A stretch of 25,881 nucleotides of DNA from Candidatus Heimdallarchaeota archaeon (GTDB lineage: Archaea > Asgardarchaeota > Heimdallarchaeia > Heimdallarchaeales > Heimdallarchaeaceae), in the NCBI GenBank assembly GCA_016839945.1, contig JAEOTE010000057.1:1-25881 (forward strand). The letters run 5' to 3'. Positions 25,881 through 25,881 of this stretch are shown here, one piece after another. The stretch's first letter is position 1. Each line of letters starts with the position of its first letter. Below the pieces are notes generated by a model that was given only the letters and a program-made list of their open reading frames with translations, was not told the DNA's origin and made no database searches. The translations under genes and the position numbers were made by a program.

Positions 25881-25881
25881 T

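Noticed and set aside
1-25881. CRISPR arrays, tRNA/rRNA, IS elements, integrases, defence systems, Sec/Pyl read-through
   Set aside because: No spaced direct repeats, GC-rich structured RNA segments, transposase or recombinase motifs, or in-frame stops splitting conserved domains were seen by eye.

Overview
AT-rich (roughly 30% GC by eye), densely coding archaeal chromosome segment. It is most likely from an Asgard (Heimdallarchaeia-like) lineage. This is inferred from GAGG/GGTGA ribosome-binding sites, TATA-like promoters, U-tract terminators, several HEAT-repeat proteins, a REC-multiPAS-HisKA kinase, a membrane PCI-like/zinc-ribbon protein and a sequon-rich surface protein with a C-terminal anchor. 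I see no rRNA, tRNA, CRISPR array or mobile element. Contents in order: HEAT protein, PKD/Ig surface glycoprotein, pmbA-tldD, MtnX-like HAD phosphatase, MBL hydrolase, HEAT protein, MFS transporter, a translationally coupled homoserine dehydrogenase + aldehyde:ferredoxin oxidoreductase pair, a 2-TM protein that appears to start at a non-AUG codon, an amidohydrolase, a 427-aa probable TIM-barrel unknown beside a class I/II aminotransferase, HEAT and OB-fold proteins, a 7-PAS hybrid kinase, a divergent UbiA prenyltransferase, a TM-PCI-zinc-ribbon protein, two paralogous membrane-anchored PHP phosphoesterases flanking an M23 peptidase and an unannotated 54-aa protein, and the 3' end of a DUF1295 gene. 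The best candidates for undescribed biology are (i) a possible homoserine/aspartate-semialdehyde catabolic pathway (unknown TIM barrel + aminotransferase + Hom + AOR), (ii) a cell-surface PHP/M23 hydrolase module and (iii) ATN non-canonical start codons. All family calls come from motif recognition; no database searches were run.
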